NCBI GenBank assembly: GCA_026126125.1 | Contig: JAHCJW010000003.1 | Coordinates: forward strand, 4,288-68,287 | Direction of reading: 5' to 3' | Source: Devosia sp. | GTDB taxonomy: Bacteria; Pseudomonadota; Alphaproteobacteria; Rhizobiales; Devosiaceae | Length of the DNA stretch: 64,000 nt | Shown: positions 28,159-36,951 of the stretch, in pieces | Layout of the letters: every line of letters starts with the position of its first letter | Position numbering within the stretch: the stretch's first letter is position 1 | Notes under the pieces: model-generated | The model's input: only the letters and a program-made list of their open reading frames with translations | The model's database searches: none | What the model was told of the DNA's origin: nothing | Position numbers and translations under genes: made by a program

Positions 28159-29706
28159 ATGGAAACCTTCGACCTTCTCGCCCAGGGCCTGCTCGCCGCC
28201 ATGCAGGTGCAGAACCTGGTCTATGCTCTGATCGGGGTGACGCTGGGCACCGCGGTCGGCGTGCTGCCCGGCATCGGCCCGGCGCTCACCGTGGCGCTCT
28301 TGCTGCCCGTCACCTATCGGCTCGATCCGGCCGGCTCGCTGATCATGTTCGCCGGCATTTATTACGGCGGCATGTATGGCGGCTCGACCACGTCGATCCT
28401 GCTCAACACGCCGGGGGAGAGCGCCTCCATCGTCACCGCGCTCGAGGGCAACAAGATGGCGCGCAAGGGCCGGGGCGGCCCGGCTCTGGCCACCGCCGCC
28501 ATCGGCTCGTTCGTCGCCGGCCTCATCGCCACATTGGGCCTCGCCTTCATCGCCCCCACGGTGGTCAAGTTCGCGCTGTCCTTCGGGCCGGCCGATTATT
28601 TCGCGCTGATGGTGCTGGCTTTCGTCACCGTTTCGGCCGCCTTCGGCGACAGCGCCCTGCGCGGGCTGACGGCGCTGTTCATCGGGCTGGGACTGGGGCT
28701 GATCGGCATCGACCTGCAGACCGGCCAGACGCGTCTCGCCTTCGCCATTCCCGATCTGCTCGACGGCATCGAGGTGACCACGCTGGCCGTGGCGATGTTC
28801 GCCATCGGCGAAACCCTCAAGACCGCCGCCGATCGTGAACAGGTCGATGCTCAGGTGATGGCGGTCAAGGGCTCGGTGTGGATGACCGCCGACGACTGGA
28901 AACGCAGCTGGGCGTCGTGGCTGCGCGGCACCTTTATCGGCTTTCCCATCGGCGCCATGCCGGCGGGTGGTGCCGATGTGGCGAGCTTCCTGTCCTATAG
29001 CGCCGAAAAGAGCTTTGCCAAAAATCCCGAGGAATTCGGGCATGGCGCCATCGAAGGCGTCGCCGGTCCCGAGGCGGCCAACAATGCCTCGGCCGCCGGC
29101 ACGCTGGTGCCGCTGCTCACCCTGGGTCTGCCGACCACGGCGACGGCCGCGATCATGCTGGCGGGCTTCCAGCAGTTCGGCCTGCAGCCTGGCCCCTTGC
29201 TGTTCACCAACAATGCCTCGCTGGTCTGGGCGCTGATCGCGAGCCTCCTGGTGGCCAATTTCATGCTGCTGGTGCTTAACCTGCCGCTGATCGGGCTGTG
29301 GGTGAAATTGCTCACCATTCCCAAGCCCTGGCTCTATGGCGGCATTCTGGTCTTTGCCACGCTGGGCACGCTGGGAGCCAATGGCGCCATGTCGATGGGC
29401 ATCGGTCCGGTGCGCATTTCCTTCGAGCTGGTGCTGCTGCTCGCCTTCGGCATTCTGGGCTATCTGCTGCGCCGCTTCGGCTACCCGATCGCGCCGGTGG
29501 TGGTGGGGCTCATTCTCGGGCCGATGGCCGAGCAGCAATTGCGCCGTGCCCTCGCCATCAGCCAGGGCGATCCGGGCATCCTGGTGCACTCGCCGATTTC
29601 CATCGTGCTCTATGTCGTGGCGATCATTGCCGTCGGCCTGCCGCTGATCATGCGCCTGCGCGGCCGGGGCGCGGTCCTGGGGCAGCTGGCGACGGACGAA
29701 GATTAG
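28159..29706 (+). CDS. tctA: Tripartite tricarboxylate transporter large permease
   Basis: 515 aa polytopic protein. The segment [21 protein letters not shown]...[10 protein letters not shown] is typical of TctA. Confidence 0.9.
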   Translation: METFDLLAQGLLAAMQVQNLVYALIGVTLGTAVGVLPGIGPALTVALLLPVTYRLDPAGSLIMFAGIYYGGMYGGSTTSILLNTPGESASIVTALEGNKMARKGRGGPALATAAIGSFVAGLIATLGLAFIAPTVVKFALSFGPADYFALMVLAFVTVSAAFGDSALRGLTALFIGLGLGLIGIDLQTGQTRLAFAIPDLLDGIEVTTLAVAMFAIGETLKTAADREQVDAQVMAVKGSVWMTADDWKRSWASWLRGTFIGFPIGAMPAGGADVASFLSYSAEKSFAKNPEEFGHGAIEGVAGPEAANNASAAGTLVPLLTLGLPTTATAAIMLAGFQQFGLQPGPLLFTNNASLVWALIASLLVANFMLLVLNLPLIGLWVKLLTIPKPWLYGGILVFATLGTLGANGAMSMGIGPVRISFELVLLLAFGILGYLLRRFGYPIAPVVVGLILGPMAEQQLRRALAISQGDPGILVHSPISIVLYVVAIIAVGLPLIMRLRGRGAVLGQLATDED

Positions 29707-29812
29707 AGCATGTATCCCGATAGTGGCCCCGGTTTCGGGATAGAGACATGGGTCAAAACGAAGGGCTAAAGCGAGTGGAGCTGGTCTGAAAGAAACGCGA
29801 CGCGCTTCAAGA
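29706..29812 (+). repeat. Dispersed intergenic repeat, family R subfamily b, copy 4
   Basis: The sequence is gagcatgtatcccgatagtggccccggtttcgggatagagacatgggtcaaaacgaagggctaaagcgag...tctgaaagaaacgcgacgcgct. It lies directly after the tctA stop. Confidence 0.7.
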
Positions 29813-29857
29813 CAACAAAAAGCCCGGACGCCAGGGAGGGAAACTGGCGTCCGGGCT
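29811..29857 (-). terminator. Strong rho-independent terminator, probably bidirectional
   Basis: A 14-bp perfect stem (agcccggacgccag at 29821-29834 pairing with ctggcgtccgggct at 29844-29857) has a 9-nt loop. On the minus strand it is followed by TTTTGTTG (revcomp of 29811-29820). On the plus strand it is followed by TCTTT. Confidence 0.7.
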
Positions 29858-29916
29858 TCTTTGCGTCGGCTGCTCGCGCAGCGGGTCACCCCGGGAGGAG
29901 CGGCGACCCGCGCGGA

Positions 29917-30090
29917 TCAGAGCTTGCCGATCGAGCGGAAGGCGTCGGGCGCGATGCCCAGGGCCTTGAGATGCTTGGCCTTGGGCGCCCGCCCCCCTTC
30001 AACCGCCGCCGATACGGCAGCAGCACTGCCGAACACGGTGACGAAGTCTTCCAGGGCCGCAAAGAACTTGTTCTTGCGCGCGGTGCTCAT
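29917..30090 (-). CDS. Small hypothetical protein (57 aa)
   Basis: I trimmed the 29917-30234 ORF to ATG 30090, preceded by GAGAGGAA 6 nt upstream. The product is MSTARKNKFFAALEDFVTVFGSAAAVSAAVEGGRAPKAKHLKALGIAPDAFRSIGKL. Third-position GC is typical of coding sequence, and the strong terminator lies about 60 nt downstream. Confidence 0.6.
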   Translation of the reverse strand: MSTARKNKFFAALEDFVTVFGSAAAVSAAVEGGRAPKAKHLKALGIAPDAFRSIGKL

Positions 30091-30245
30091 GTCCAATTCC
30101 TCTCTTATGGACCCAGGTCGATCCCGGATCGCTTCCATGCTCCCTAGATGGGCCCGGCAGGCTTGTTTCGCTAGAGGCGGTTTGCTCACCCCAGCCATGC
30201 GTTGAGGGAATGGAGCGGAACCGGCGCGCGGCATGCGACAAGTTC

Positions 30246-30322
30246 AAGCCTGTCTTTTGAAAGTGGGAACCGGTTTCGGGAAAAAGACCTGCGTAACAAC
30301 AAAACGCCAAAGCGGAGGCTTG
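30246..30322 (+). repeat. Dispersed intergenic repeat, family R-like, copy 6 (more diverged)
   Basis: The sequence is gtcttttGAAAgtgggaaccggTTTCgggaaaaagacctgcgtaacaacaaaacgccaaagcggag. Confidence 0.5.
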
Positions 30323-30330
30323 TCGGGCAC

Positions 30331-30785
30331 TGACGACAAGAACGGATAGTGTCTCGCTGTGAATGCACTCGGCTTTGGCGAAATTTCTGGCTCTATCGCC
30401 CCCTCGCCCCTTGAGGGGAGAGGGGTGGGGTGAGGGGTGAAGGCCCATCGGCGGGAGCGCCGCTTCGCCACCTTCTCTGCGGAAGAAGAGGAGGAAAAGG
30501 ACGATGCGCTTGCCTCGATTGCCCGGAAAAGCCGGGCAATGACGAAAAGAGACGATAGTGTCTCGGTGTGAATGCACTCGGCTTTAGCGAAACGTCTGGC
30601 TCTATCGCCCCCTCGCCCCTTGAGGGGAGAGGGATGGGGTGAGGGGTGAAGGCCGAGCGACAGGAGCACCACTTCGCCACCTTCTCTGCGGAAGAAGAGG
30701 AGGAAAAGGACAATGCGCTTGCCTCGATTGCCCGGATAAGCCGGGCAATGACGACAAGAACGGATAGTGTACCCGTGTGAACACC
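30331..30785. repeat. Tandem direct repeat, 209-bp unit, about 2.2 copies
   Basis: Unit starts (tgacgaMaag...) fall at 30331, 30540 and 30749, with a period of exactly 209 bp. Copies 1 and 2 differ at roughly 17 positions by my hand alignment. Each unit carries the hairpins ccctcgcccc-ttga-ggggagaggg and ttgcccgg-N5-ccgggcaa. Confidence 0.85.
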
Positions 30786-30792
30786 CGTCGCT

Positions 30793-31827
30793 CTAATTCA
30801 TCAGATCGAACGCATCGCCCCAGGTGTCGGCCACGGAATAGCCATGCGGATAGGGGTCGGTCGGGTCGATGCCGATCTGGTGGATGCCGTGGATCCAGCC
30901 GCGCCCGGAGATGATCGGCTGCACGGCGGGACGGCCGGCGACGCTGGTGTCGCCCGCATATTCCACCTCGAAGGTCGAATTGATGATCGAGCGGGCGGTA
31001 AAGCGATCTCCCGGCCGCGCCAATCCGCGGGCGGCGGCGACGGCGAGGCGGGCCGAATTGCCGGTGCCGCAGGGCGAGCGGTCGATGCGGCCCGGCGCCA
31101 TGATGGTCGCCCCGCGCAACTCCCCCTCCGCCGTATGGTCGACGAACATGGTATAGGAAATGCCCTTGATTTCGGGGATTTCGGGATGGGCGATCTTGAG
31201 CTGGGCATTGACGGCGCGGTGCACGGCGCTGCCCGCCTCGACCAGTTTCCTTGCCAGGTCGGGGCGGATTTCGAGGCCGAACTGGGCCGGATCGATCAGC
31301 GCATAGAAAATGCCGCCATAGGCGATATCGACCTTGATCTTGCCCACGCCCGGCACATCGACCACCGCATCGAGCTGGTCGGCATAAGAGGGGTTCATGG
31401 TGAGCGTCACACGTTCGCATTTGCCGTTGCGGCACTGGGCGCGGGCGGTGACGAGGCCCGAGGCGGTTTCGATGCGCACGATGGTTTCCGGCTCCCGCAT
31501 GGGCAGCATGCCGGTTTCGAGCAGAACCGTGGTCAGGCAGATGCTGTTTGAACCCGACATGGCATGGGCCTTGTCGCCCTGCAGGATCAGGAAGGCGATA
31601 TCGGCGTCGGGCCGGGTGGGCGGAAAGATGAGGCAGGTGCTCATCTGGGCCGAGGCGCGCGGCTCGAACACGAGGAATTTGCGCAGACTGTCATCCACCT
31701 CGTTGAGGTGGCGCAGCTTGTCGGCGATGGTCCGGCCGGGAACGTCGATGACGCCGCCGGTGACGATCCGCCCGACTTCCCCTTCGGCATGGGCTTCCAC
31801 GAGGGTGACGGTTTTGCTCCAACGCAT
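30793..31827 (-). CDS. Proline racemase-superfamily enzyme (4-hydroxyproline 2-epimerase-like) with a Ser/Cys catalytic pair
   Basis: 344 aa. VEAHAEGEVGRIVTGG is the family N-terminus. The first catalytic position reads AMSGSNS (Ser91, codon 31557-31555) where MCGH is usual. The second reads DRSPCGTGNSA. Confidence 0.85.
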   Translation of the reverse strand: MRWSKTVTLVEAHAEGEVGRIVTGGVIDVPGRTIADKLRHLNEVDDSLRKFLVFEPRASAQMSTCLIFPPTRPDADIAFLILQGDKAHAMSGSNSICLTTVLLETGMLPMREPETIVRIETASGLVTARAQCRNGKCERVTLTMNPSYADQLDAVVDVPGVGKIKVDIAYGGIFYALIDPAQFGLEIRPDLARKLVEAGSAVHRAVNAQLKIAHPEIPEIKGISYTMFVDHTAEGELRGATIMAPGRIDRSPCGTGNSARLAVAAARGLARPGDRFTARSIINSTFEVEYAGDTSVAGRPAVQPIISGRGWIHGIHQIGIDPTDPYPHGYSVADTWGDAFDLMN

Positions 31828-31953
31828 CTTATGGTCCTGGCTGCACGCGCTTTATCTCTGTTCGGCGGTTGAGGCCGAGCGGGCGGCCGGTTTTGGGACG
31901 GCCCCCTGCATTTAATTGCTCTTGCTACCTTAACGTATCGGGCCGAAAAGCAC

Positions 31954-32919
31954 TCACCGCATCGCGCCGGGCAACAGGCGCCATTGGGCATACCAGGCGT
32001 TGAACTGGTCGAACTGCGCCTTGGCCCAGGCCCGCTGGCTGGAAGAGAGCTGGTCCGTGGCGTTGAAATGCAGCCGATAGGCCGCCTCGCCCTGCAATTC
32101 GAGCATATATTTGTAATAGAGCACGAGGTCGGTGCCTTCGTCCCAGCGCGACAGCACCTCGAGCGCTTCGCTCAGCTCGCGGGCGCGCTGGCCGGCTTCG
32201 GCATCGCCGGCGGCGGCGGCTTTCGACAGGGCGACCAGATGCAGGATTTCGCGGGGCAGGGCATTGCCGATACCGGTGATGGTGCCGGTGGCGCCGGCCT
32301 TGACATAGCCGTGATAGACGCCGGTATCGACGCCTGCCATCAGCACCACGCTGTCATCGCCGCTGGTGATGTGCTCGGCGGCATAGGTCATCGCCGCGGG
32401 GCCACCAAATTCCTTGAAGCCGACCAGGTTCGGATATTTGGCGCGCAGGGCGAAGAACAGGTCCGCCTTGGTCTCGAAGCCATAATGGGGGCTGTTATAG
32501 ATCACCGCCGGCAGCTCGGGGGCGGCGGCGAGAATGGCCTCGAAATGGTGCTTCTGCGCGGTGGGGGAATTGCCGCGCGAAAGCACGCGCGGAATGACCA
32601 TCAGCCCGGCGGCGCCGATCGTGCGGGCATGGGCCGCGTGGCTGACGGCGGTGGCGGTATTGACCGCGCCGGTGCCGACGATCACGGGAATCCCGGCTGC
32701 GACCAGCCGCGCCACGCCCTCCTGGCGCTGGGCGTCGGTCAAGAGCGGCCAGTCGCCCATCGAGCCGCAATAGACCACGGCCGACATGCCGGCCTCAAGC
32801 AACTGCCCGGCCTTGCGCACCAGCTCGTCGAAATCGGGTGTGCGGTCTTGTGTGCAGGGCGTCATCAGCGCGGGGATCACGCCGGTAAAGATTTCGGTGT
32901 TCATGATGTGCTTGTCCAT
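31954..32919 (-). CDS. Dihydrodipicolinate synthase-family lyase (probable 1-pyrroline-4-hydroxy-2-carboxylate deaminase)
   Basis: 321 aa with DHDPS-family segments (GVIPALMTPCT, VVYCGSMGDWPLLT, FKEFGG). It lies between the epimerase-like gene and the FAD oxidase gene. Confidence 0.8.
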   Translation of the reverse strand: MDKHIMNTEIFTGVIPALMTPCTQDRTPDFDELVRKAGQLLEAGMSAVVYCGSMGDWPLLTDAQRQEGVARLVAAGIPVIVGTGAVNTATAVSHAAHARTIGAAGLMVIPRVLSRGNSPTAQKHHFEAILAAAPELPAVIYNSPHYGFETKADLFFALRAKYPNLVGFKEFGGPAAMTYAAEHITSGDDSVVLMAGVDTGVYHGYVKAGATGTITGIGNALPREILHLVALSKAAAAGDAEAGQRARELSEALEVLSRWDEGTDLVLYYKYMLELQGEAAYRLHFNATDQLSSSQRAWAKAQFDQFNAWYAQWRLLPGAMR

Positions 32920-33052
32920 CGCTCGCGGCGGCGAAGGGGAAAGACGGCTCGCCTGCCCTCACCATACACGCTGCAAGAGCCTTGTCGACAGATTGCATAT
33001 AACGAAATTGCCGCCGCCCGGCGGGACCGGAACCGACCCACGGCTTTGCGGG

Positions 33053-34285
33053 TCAACGCTGGAAGCGCGCCAGGGAGAAGGGATTGTCGGCGGGCGCCTT
33101 GCCGGCGATGAGGTCGGCGACCCGCCTTGCGGTGACCGCGCTCAGCGTCAGGCCGAGATGGCCGTGGCCAAAGGCGAAAACAATGCGCTCGTCTTTTGGG
33201 TGGGTTCCGATCACCGGCAGCGAATCGGGGGTGGAGGGTCGCCGGCCCATCCATTCCTTGCCGCCTTCGGGCAGGGCCGGCACATAGCGGCGCATCTTGG
33301 TGCGCATGGCTTTCGCGCGGCCGAAATTGGCCGGCGTGTCGGGCTTGGCCAGTTCGACCGCGCCGCCGACGCGCAGGCCGTCGATCAGCGGCGAGGCGAT
33401 GAAGCCATGATCGGCGAAGCCGAGCGGCATGGGCAGTGTCCAGTCGAGATCGCTATAGGTGGTGTTGTAGCCCCGCTCGGTTTCGAGCAGCACTCTCAGC
33501 CCCAGTCCGCGGACCAGTTCGCGCGACCATACGCCCGAGGCGACCACGATCTTGTCGAACAGCGCCGTCTCGCCGGCCGCGGTGCGGATCGCGACGCCGT
33601 CGGAGCGCTGCTCGATCGCGACCACCTTGCCGGTAACGAAATCGGCGCGCTGGCGCAAAGCTGCCTGGTAGCGGCGCAGGACCGTCAGCGGATTGGTGAC
33701 TTTCCAATAGCCGGGCAGATGCACGGCCCCGCCAAAGGCGCCTTCGAGCTGCGGCACCAGCCGGCGCGCCCCGGCGGGGTCGAGGCGTTGATAGTCATGG
33801 CCGAGCAGCTTGCGCACCGCCTCCGCCTCCTCAAGGCCGGAAGCGAGGCTGGTGGGCGTGTCGTGCAGCGCCAGATAACCCGATTGCTGCAGATAGTCGT
33901 CAAGGCCGGCGATGGCGAGCAGGGCGCGATGATCTTCGAGCGCCGTCTGCATCAATTGGGCCAGCGCCGCCCGCGCCCGCCGGCCATGGCCGGGCGTCGC
34001 TGAAGCGAGAAAGGCCACGAGCCATGGGGCGAGCGCCGGCAGGTCGGGCCAGCGTATGGTGAGGGGGCCGAGCGGATCGAGCAACCAGCCCGGCACCGCC
34101 TTGAACACGCCGGGGCTGGCCAGCGGCGCGATTTCGGGCAGGGCGATTAGCGCTGCATTGCCGGCCGAGGCCGGCAGGCCGTCCGGATCGGGCTCGTAGA
34201 TCGTCACCTTATGTCCCTGGCCGGCCAGCCAGGTGGCGCAGGCGGCCCCGATAATGCCGGCTCCGGCAATGGCGATCCGGCTCAT
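33053..34285 (-). CDS. FAD-dependent oxidoreductase (D-amino acid / D-hydroxyproline dehydrogenase type)
   Basis: 410 aa with the N-terminal dinucleotide fold MSRIAIAGAGIIGAACATWLAGQGHKVTIYE. It overlaps the GntR gene stop by 4 nt. Confidence 0.85.
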   Translation of the reverse strand: MSRIAIAGAGIIGAACATWLAGQGHKVTIYEPDPDGLPASAGNAALIALPEIAPLASPGVFKAVPGWLLDPLGPLTIRWPDLPALAPWLVAFLASATPGHGRRARAALAQLMQTALEDHRALLAIAGLDDYLQQSGYLALHDTPTSLASGLEEAEAVRKLLGHDYQRLDPAGARRLVPQLEGAFGGAVHLPGYWKVTNPLTVLRRYQAALRQRADFVTGKVVAIEQRSDGVAIRTAAGETALFDKIVVASGVWSRELVRGLGLRVLLETERGYNTTYSDLDWTLPMPLGFADHGFIASPLIDGLRVGGAVELAKPDTPANFGRAKAMRTKMRRYVPALPEGGKEWMGRRPSTPDSLPVIGTHPKDERIVFAFGHGHLGLTLSAVTARRVADLIAGKAPADNPFSLARFQR

Positions 34286-35031
34286 GGCAGGCGGTCTCCC
34301 AATAGCGTGTCGATGACGCCTTCGCGCCGGATATAGCTTTGGATCTGCCGCACGATCTGGTCGGCATGGGCGGCCGCCAGCCGGTCGGCGGTTTCTGTGT
34401 CGCGCGCCTCGATGGCGGCGACCATGCGGGCGTGTTCCTCGACATATTGCGCCGGCAGCCGGTCATCGAAGGATCGGTAATACAGCCGCAGAATGCGGCG
34501 CCCTTCGTCGAGCAGGCGGTCGAACAGGCCGGTGAAGTAGAAATTGCCACCGGCCATGGCGATGGCCATGTGAAAATCGCGATTGGCCTGGATCATGGCC
34601 AGAGCGTCCCGGCGATCCACGGCCTCGGCATAGGCCGCCTCGAAGCGGCGGATCTCGACGAGGTCCGGCGCCTGGCGATGCAGCGCCGCCGCCCGCGTCG
34701 TCACCCGGTACATAAGCGCCAGCGCCTCGAAATAGACCGGCAATTGCTCGAAATCGATCGCCGCCACCACGGTGTTGCGATTGGGCAGGGTGCGCACCAG
34801 CCCCTCGGCCACCAGCCGCACCAGCGCCTCGCGGATCGGGGTGCGCGACATGTCGAATTGTTCGGACAGGCTCACCTCGTCCAGCGGGCTGCCCGGGGTC
34901 AGCGTCAGCTCGAGGATCGAGCGCTTGAGCTGGTCATAGACCATCTGCGCGGTGGACCCGCGCTGGCGCGGCGATTTGGCGGTCTGGGGGGCCTGGTCGG
35001 TCATGGCGCGGCTCGTTCTCCCACCCTCCAA
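34282..35031 (-). CDS. GntR-family transcriptional regulator with an FCD ligand domain
   Basis: 249 aa with the winged HTH VYDQLKRSILELTLTPGSPLDEVSLSEQFDMSRTPIREALVRLVAEGLV. The start is uncertain: TTG at 35031 or ATG at 35004. Confidence 0.9.
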   Translation of the reverse strand: MEGGRTSRAMTDQAPQTAKSPRQRGSTAQMVYDQLKRSILELTLTPGSPLDEVSLSEQFDMSRTPIREALVRLVAEGLVRTLPNRNTVVAAIDFEQLPVYFEALALMYRVTTRAAALHRQAPDLVEIRRFEAAYAEAVDRRDALAMIQANRDFHMAIAMAGGNFYFTGLFDRLLDEGRRILRLYYRSFDDRLPAQYVEEHARMVAAIEARDTETADRLAAAHADQIVRQIQSYIRREGVIDTLLGDRLP

Positions 35032-35086
35032 TCGAAACGCTTGGATTTGCGCGATAGCGGTCGTATCGTAGGAATATTATTCAGTT

Positions 35087-35094
35087 TGTCGACA
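35087..35094. promoter_or_regulatory. Candidate GntR-family operator (perfect palindrome TGTCGACA)
   Basis: The palindrome lies in the 82-bp divergent region between the GntR gene and the epimerase/dehydratase gene. It fits the generic GT-N-AC core of GntR/FadR operators. Confidence 0.3.
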
Positions 35095-35113
35095 TAAATA
35101 TGGGATTGGTTTC

Positions 35114-36073
35114 ATGGTAACGGCGATCATCGGCGGCAGCGGCTTTCTGGGGCGCCATGTGGCGCTGCGGCTTCTGGCCCATGGCGAAAAGCCGGTCGTC
35201 GTGCATCGCGGCCATGAGCCGGCCAATCTGCCCGACAGCGTCGCCATCGAACTCGCCGACCGTGTCGATGAAGCGCGATTGGTCGAGATTTTCACCACCC
35301 ATGCGGTCACCACCGTCATCGATATCTTCGCGCTCAGCCTGGGCAATACGGCGCCGGTGATGGCGGCGACGCAACGGGTTGGCGCGCGCTATCTCCTCAC
35401 CAGTTCCGTCGATGTCTATGCCAATTATGCCGGGCTGTTGCGCAAGGAAGAGGTGCCGGTAAGGCACGAGCCGGCCACCGAGGAGGCTGCGCTGCGCACC
35501 ATGCGCTATCCCTATCGCGGCAATGGCCGCCGGCCGGCCGGGGTCAGCGACGATTTGTTCGAGAATTACGACAAGCTGGTGCTCGAGGAAACGCTGGCGA
35601 CCATGGGCATGGAGTGGGTCGTGGTGCGGCCGCCGATGATTTTTGGGGTGGCGGACAAGCAGCGCCGCTTCGGCTGGGTGGTGGACAATGCGCGGGCCGA
35701 TGCGGCGTTTGCCATCGATGAGCGCGCCTTTGGCTGGCTCAATTCCTATGGCTATGTCGAGGATGTCGCCGAGGCCATGGTGCTCGCCGCCCTGCACCCC
35801 AAGGCGGCCGGTCAGGTCTACAATGTCGGCCAGGATATCGTCCGTCCGGCTTCGCGCTGGGCGGAGCGCCTGCTGCCCTTGCTCGGCGTCGATGCGCCCG
35901 TGGTTTCGGCGCCTGCTGGGAGTGGCGTCTGGGCGGATCGCGCCGAGGCGATGGACCTGCGCTATCCCCTGACGCTCGATACGGGCAAGATCCGTCGCGA
36001 TCTGGGGTTCAGGGAGGTGGTGGGCGAAGACGAGGCGCTGGCGCGTACCCTCGCGTCTTACGAGGCTGGCTAG
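35114..36073 (+). CDS. NAD-dependent epimerase/dehydratase-family protein (extended SDR)
   Basis: 319 aa with the N-terminal Rossmann motif MVTAIIGGSGFLGRHVALRLL. Confidence 0.8.
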   Translation: MVTAIIGGSGFLGRHVALRLLAHGEKPVVVHRGHEPANLPDSVAIELADRVDEARLVEIFTTHAVTTVIDIFALSLGNTAPVMAATQRVGARYLLTSSVDVYANYAGLLRKEEVPVRHEPATEEAALRTMRYPYRGNGRRPAGVSDDLFENYDKLVLEETLATMGMEWVVVRPPMIFGVADKQRRFGWVVDNARADAAFAIDERAFGWLNSYGYVEDVAEAMVLAALHPKAAGQVYNVGQDIVRPASRWAERLLPLLGVDAPVVSAPAGSGVWADRAEAMDLRYPLTLDTGKIRRDLGFREVVGEDEALARTLASYEAG

Positions 36074-36074
36074 A

Positions 36075-36172
36075 GTGGCGTGCGTTCTGTCGAACGCAAA
36101 TCGCCGCTCTCATCCCTTGTTTACGCATCGGATGAGCCAAAAACCGTGCGTATACTTTTTGGTCCGATGTTC
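36075..36172 (-). repeat. Dispersed intergenic repeat, family R, copy 3 (inverted orientation)
   Basis: The reverse complement reads ...CCAAAAA...TTTTTGGctcatccgatgcgtaaacaagggatgag...gcgttcgacagaacgcacgcc. Confidence 0.7.
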
Positions 36173-36288
36173 TAACCGGTCTGGAGCCGCCCTTTCCCTC
36201 CTGGCAAATCAGCCACTTTCCCGCTCTGCGTCCATGACGATAGAATGACAATCGCCCAAACAGTGGATTGACCGCCTGATTGGCTTCT

Positions 36289-36305
36289 GTTTAGTCTGGC
36301 TAAAC
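36289..36305. promoter_or_regulatory. Inverted repeat GTTTAG-N5-CTAAAC upstream of the XRE-cupin regulator gene (candidate operator)
   Basis: Perfect 6-bp arms sit 20 nt upstream of the 36325 start codon. Confidence 0.25.
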
Positions 36306-36324
36306 ACGAGGGCCGGGGGGCGAG

Positions 36325-36951
36325 ATGAGCGAAGGCGATGCCAGCCTGGGCGCGCGATTGCACCAACGCCGCAAGGAGTTGGGCCGCACCATGCGCGAAG
36401 TGGCGAAGGATAGCGGGCTGACGGTGGGGTTCATTTCCCAGATCGAGCGCGATATTTCCCGCCCCTCGCTCAGTTCACTTTATGCCATCGCCCGGGCGCT
36501 CGACACCAGCGTCGATCGTTTCCTGTCCCAGGCGCCCGAGCGCGCCCATCGGCAGGTCACCCATTCGGCGGCGCGGCCGCGCTTTTCGCTCGGTGCGAGC
36601 AAGCCGGTCTATGAGTTTCTCGAACCCGGCTTCGACGAGGCGCGCCTCAATGCCTGCATCACCCATGTGCCGCCGGGTTTCGCTTCCGAGGTCATGCGGC
36701 ACGAGGGCGAGGATTTCGTCTATCTGATCGCCGGCATCATGATCTACACGGTCGATGGCGTCGCCTATCGGCTGCAGGCCGGCGATACGCTGCATTTCAA
36801 TTCCACTCTGCCCCATACCTCCCGGAACCCCGGTGATGAGGTGGCCACCGAGCTTTGGGTCGGAACCATGCGGCTGTTCGCCGACAAGCCCCATTCATCA
36901 TCGCCGCCATCGGGACCGCGGCCGATTGCACCAGAGGAGACAACCCCATGA
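36325..36951 (+). CDS. XRE-family HTH regulator with a C-terminal cupin domain
   Basis: 208 aa with the HTH LHQRRKELGRTMREVAKDSGLTVGFISQIERDISRPSLSSLYAIARAL and a cupin core (HEGEDFVYLIAG...GDTLHFNSTLPH). An ATGA overlap links it to the next gene. Confidence 0.85.
   Translation: MSEGDASLGARLHQRRKELGRTMREVAKDSGLTVGFISQIERDISRPSLSSLYAIARALDTSVDRFLSQAPERAHRQVTHSAARPRFSLGASKPVYEFLEPGFDEARLNACITHVPPGFASEVMRHEGEDFVYLIAGIMIYTVDGVAYRLQAGDTLHFNSTLPHTSRNPGDEVATELWVGTMRLFADKPHSSSPPSGPRPIAPEETTP

Noticed and set aside
29999-30713. Minus-strand ORFs of 106-192 aa running through the repeat region (29999-30577, 30244-30672, 30393-30713). They contain PSPLKGRGG/PLPSRGEG-like repeats.
   Set aside because: They are created by the 209-bp tandem repeat and the dispersed palindromic elements. 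Their sequences are internally duplicated and they have no start signals. The array is also not a CRISPR: the period is 209 bp and there is no alternation of short repeats and unique spacers.
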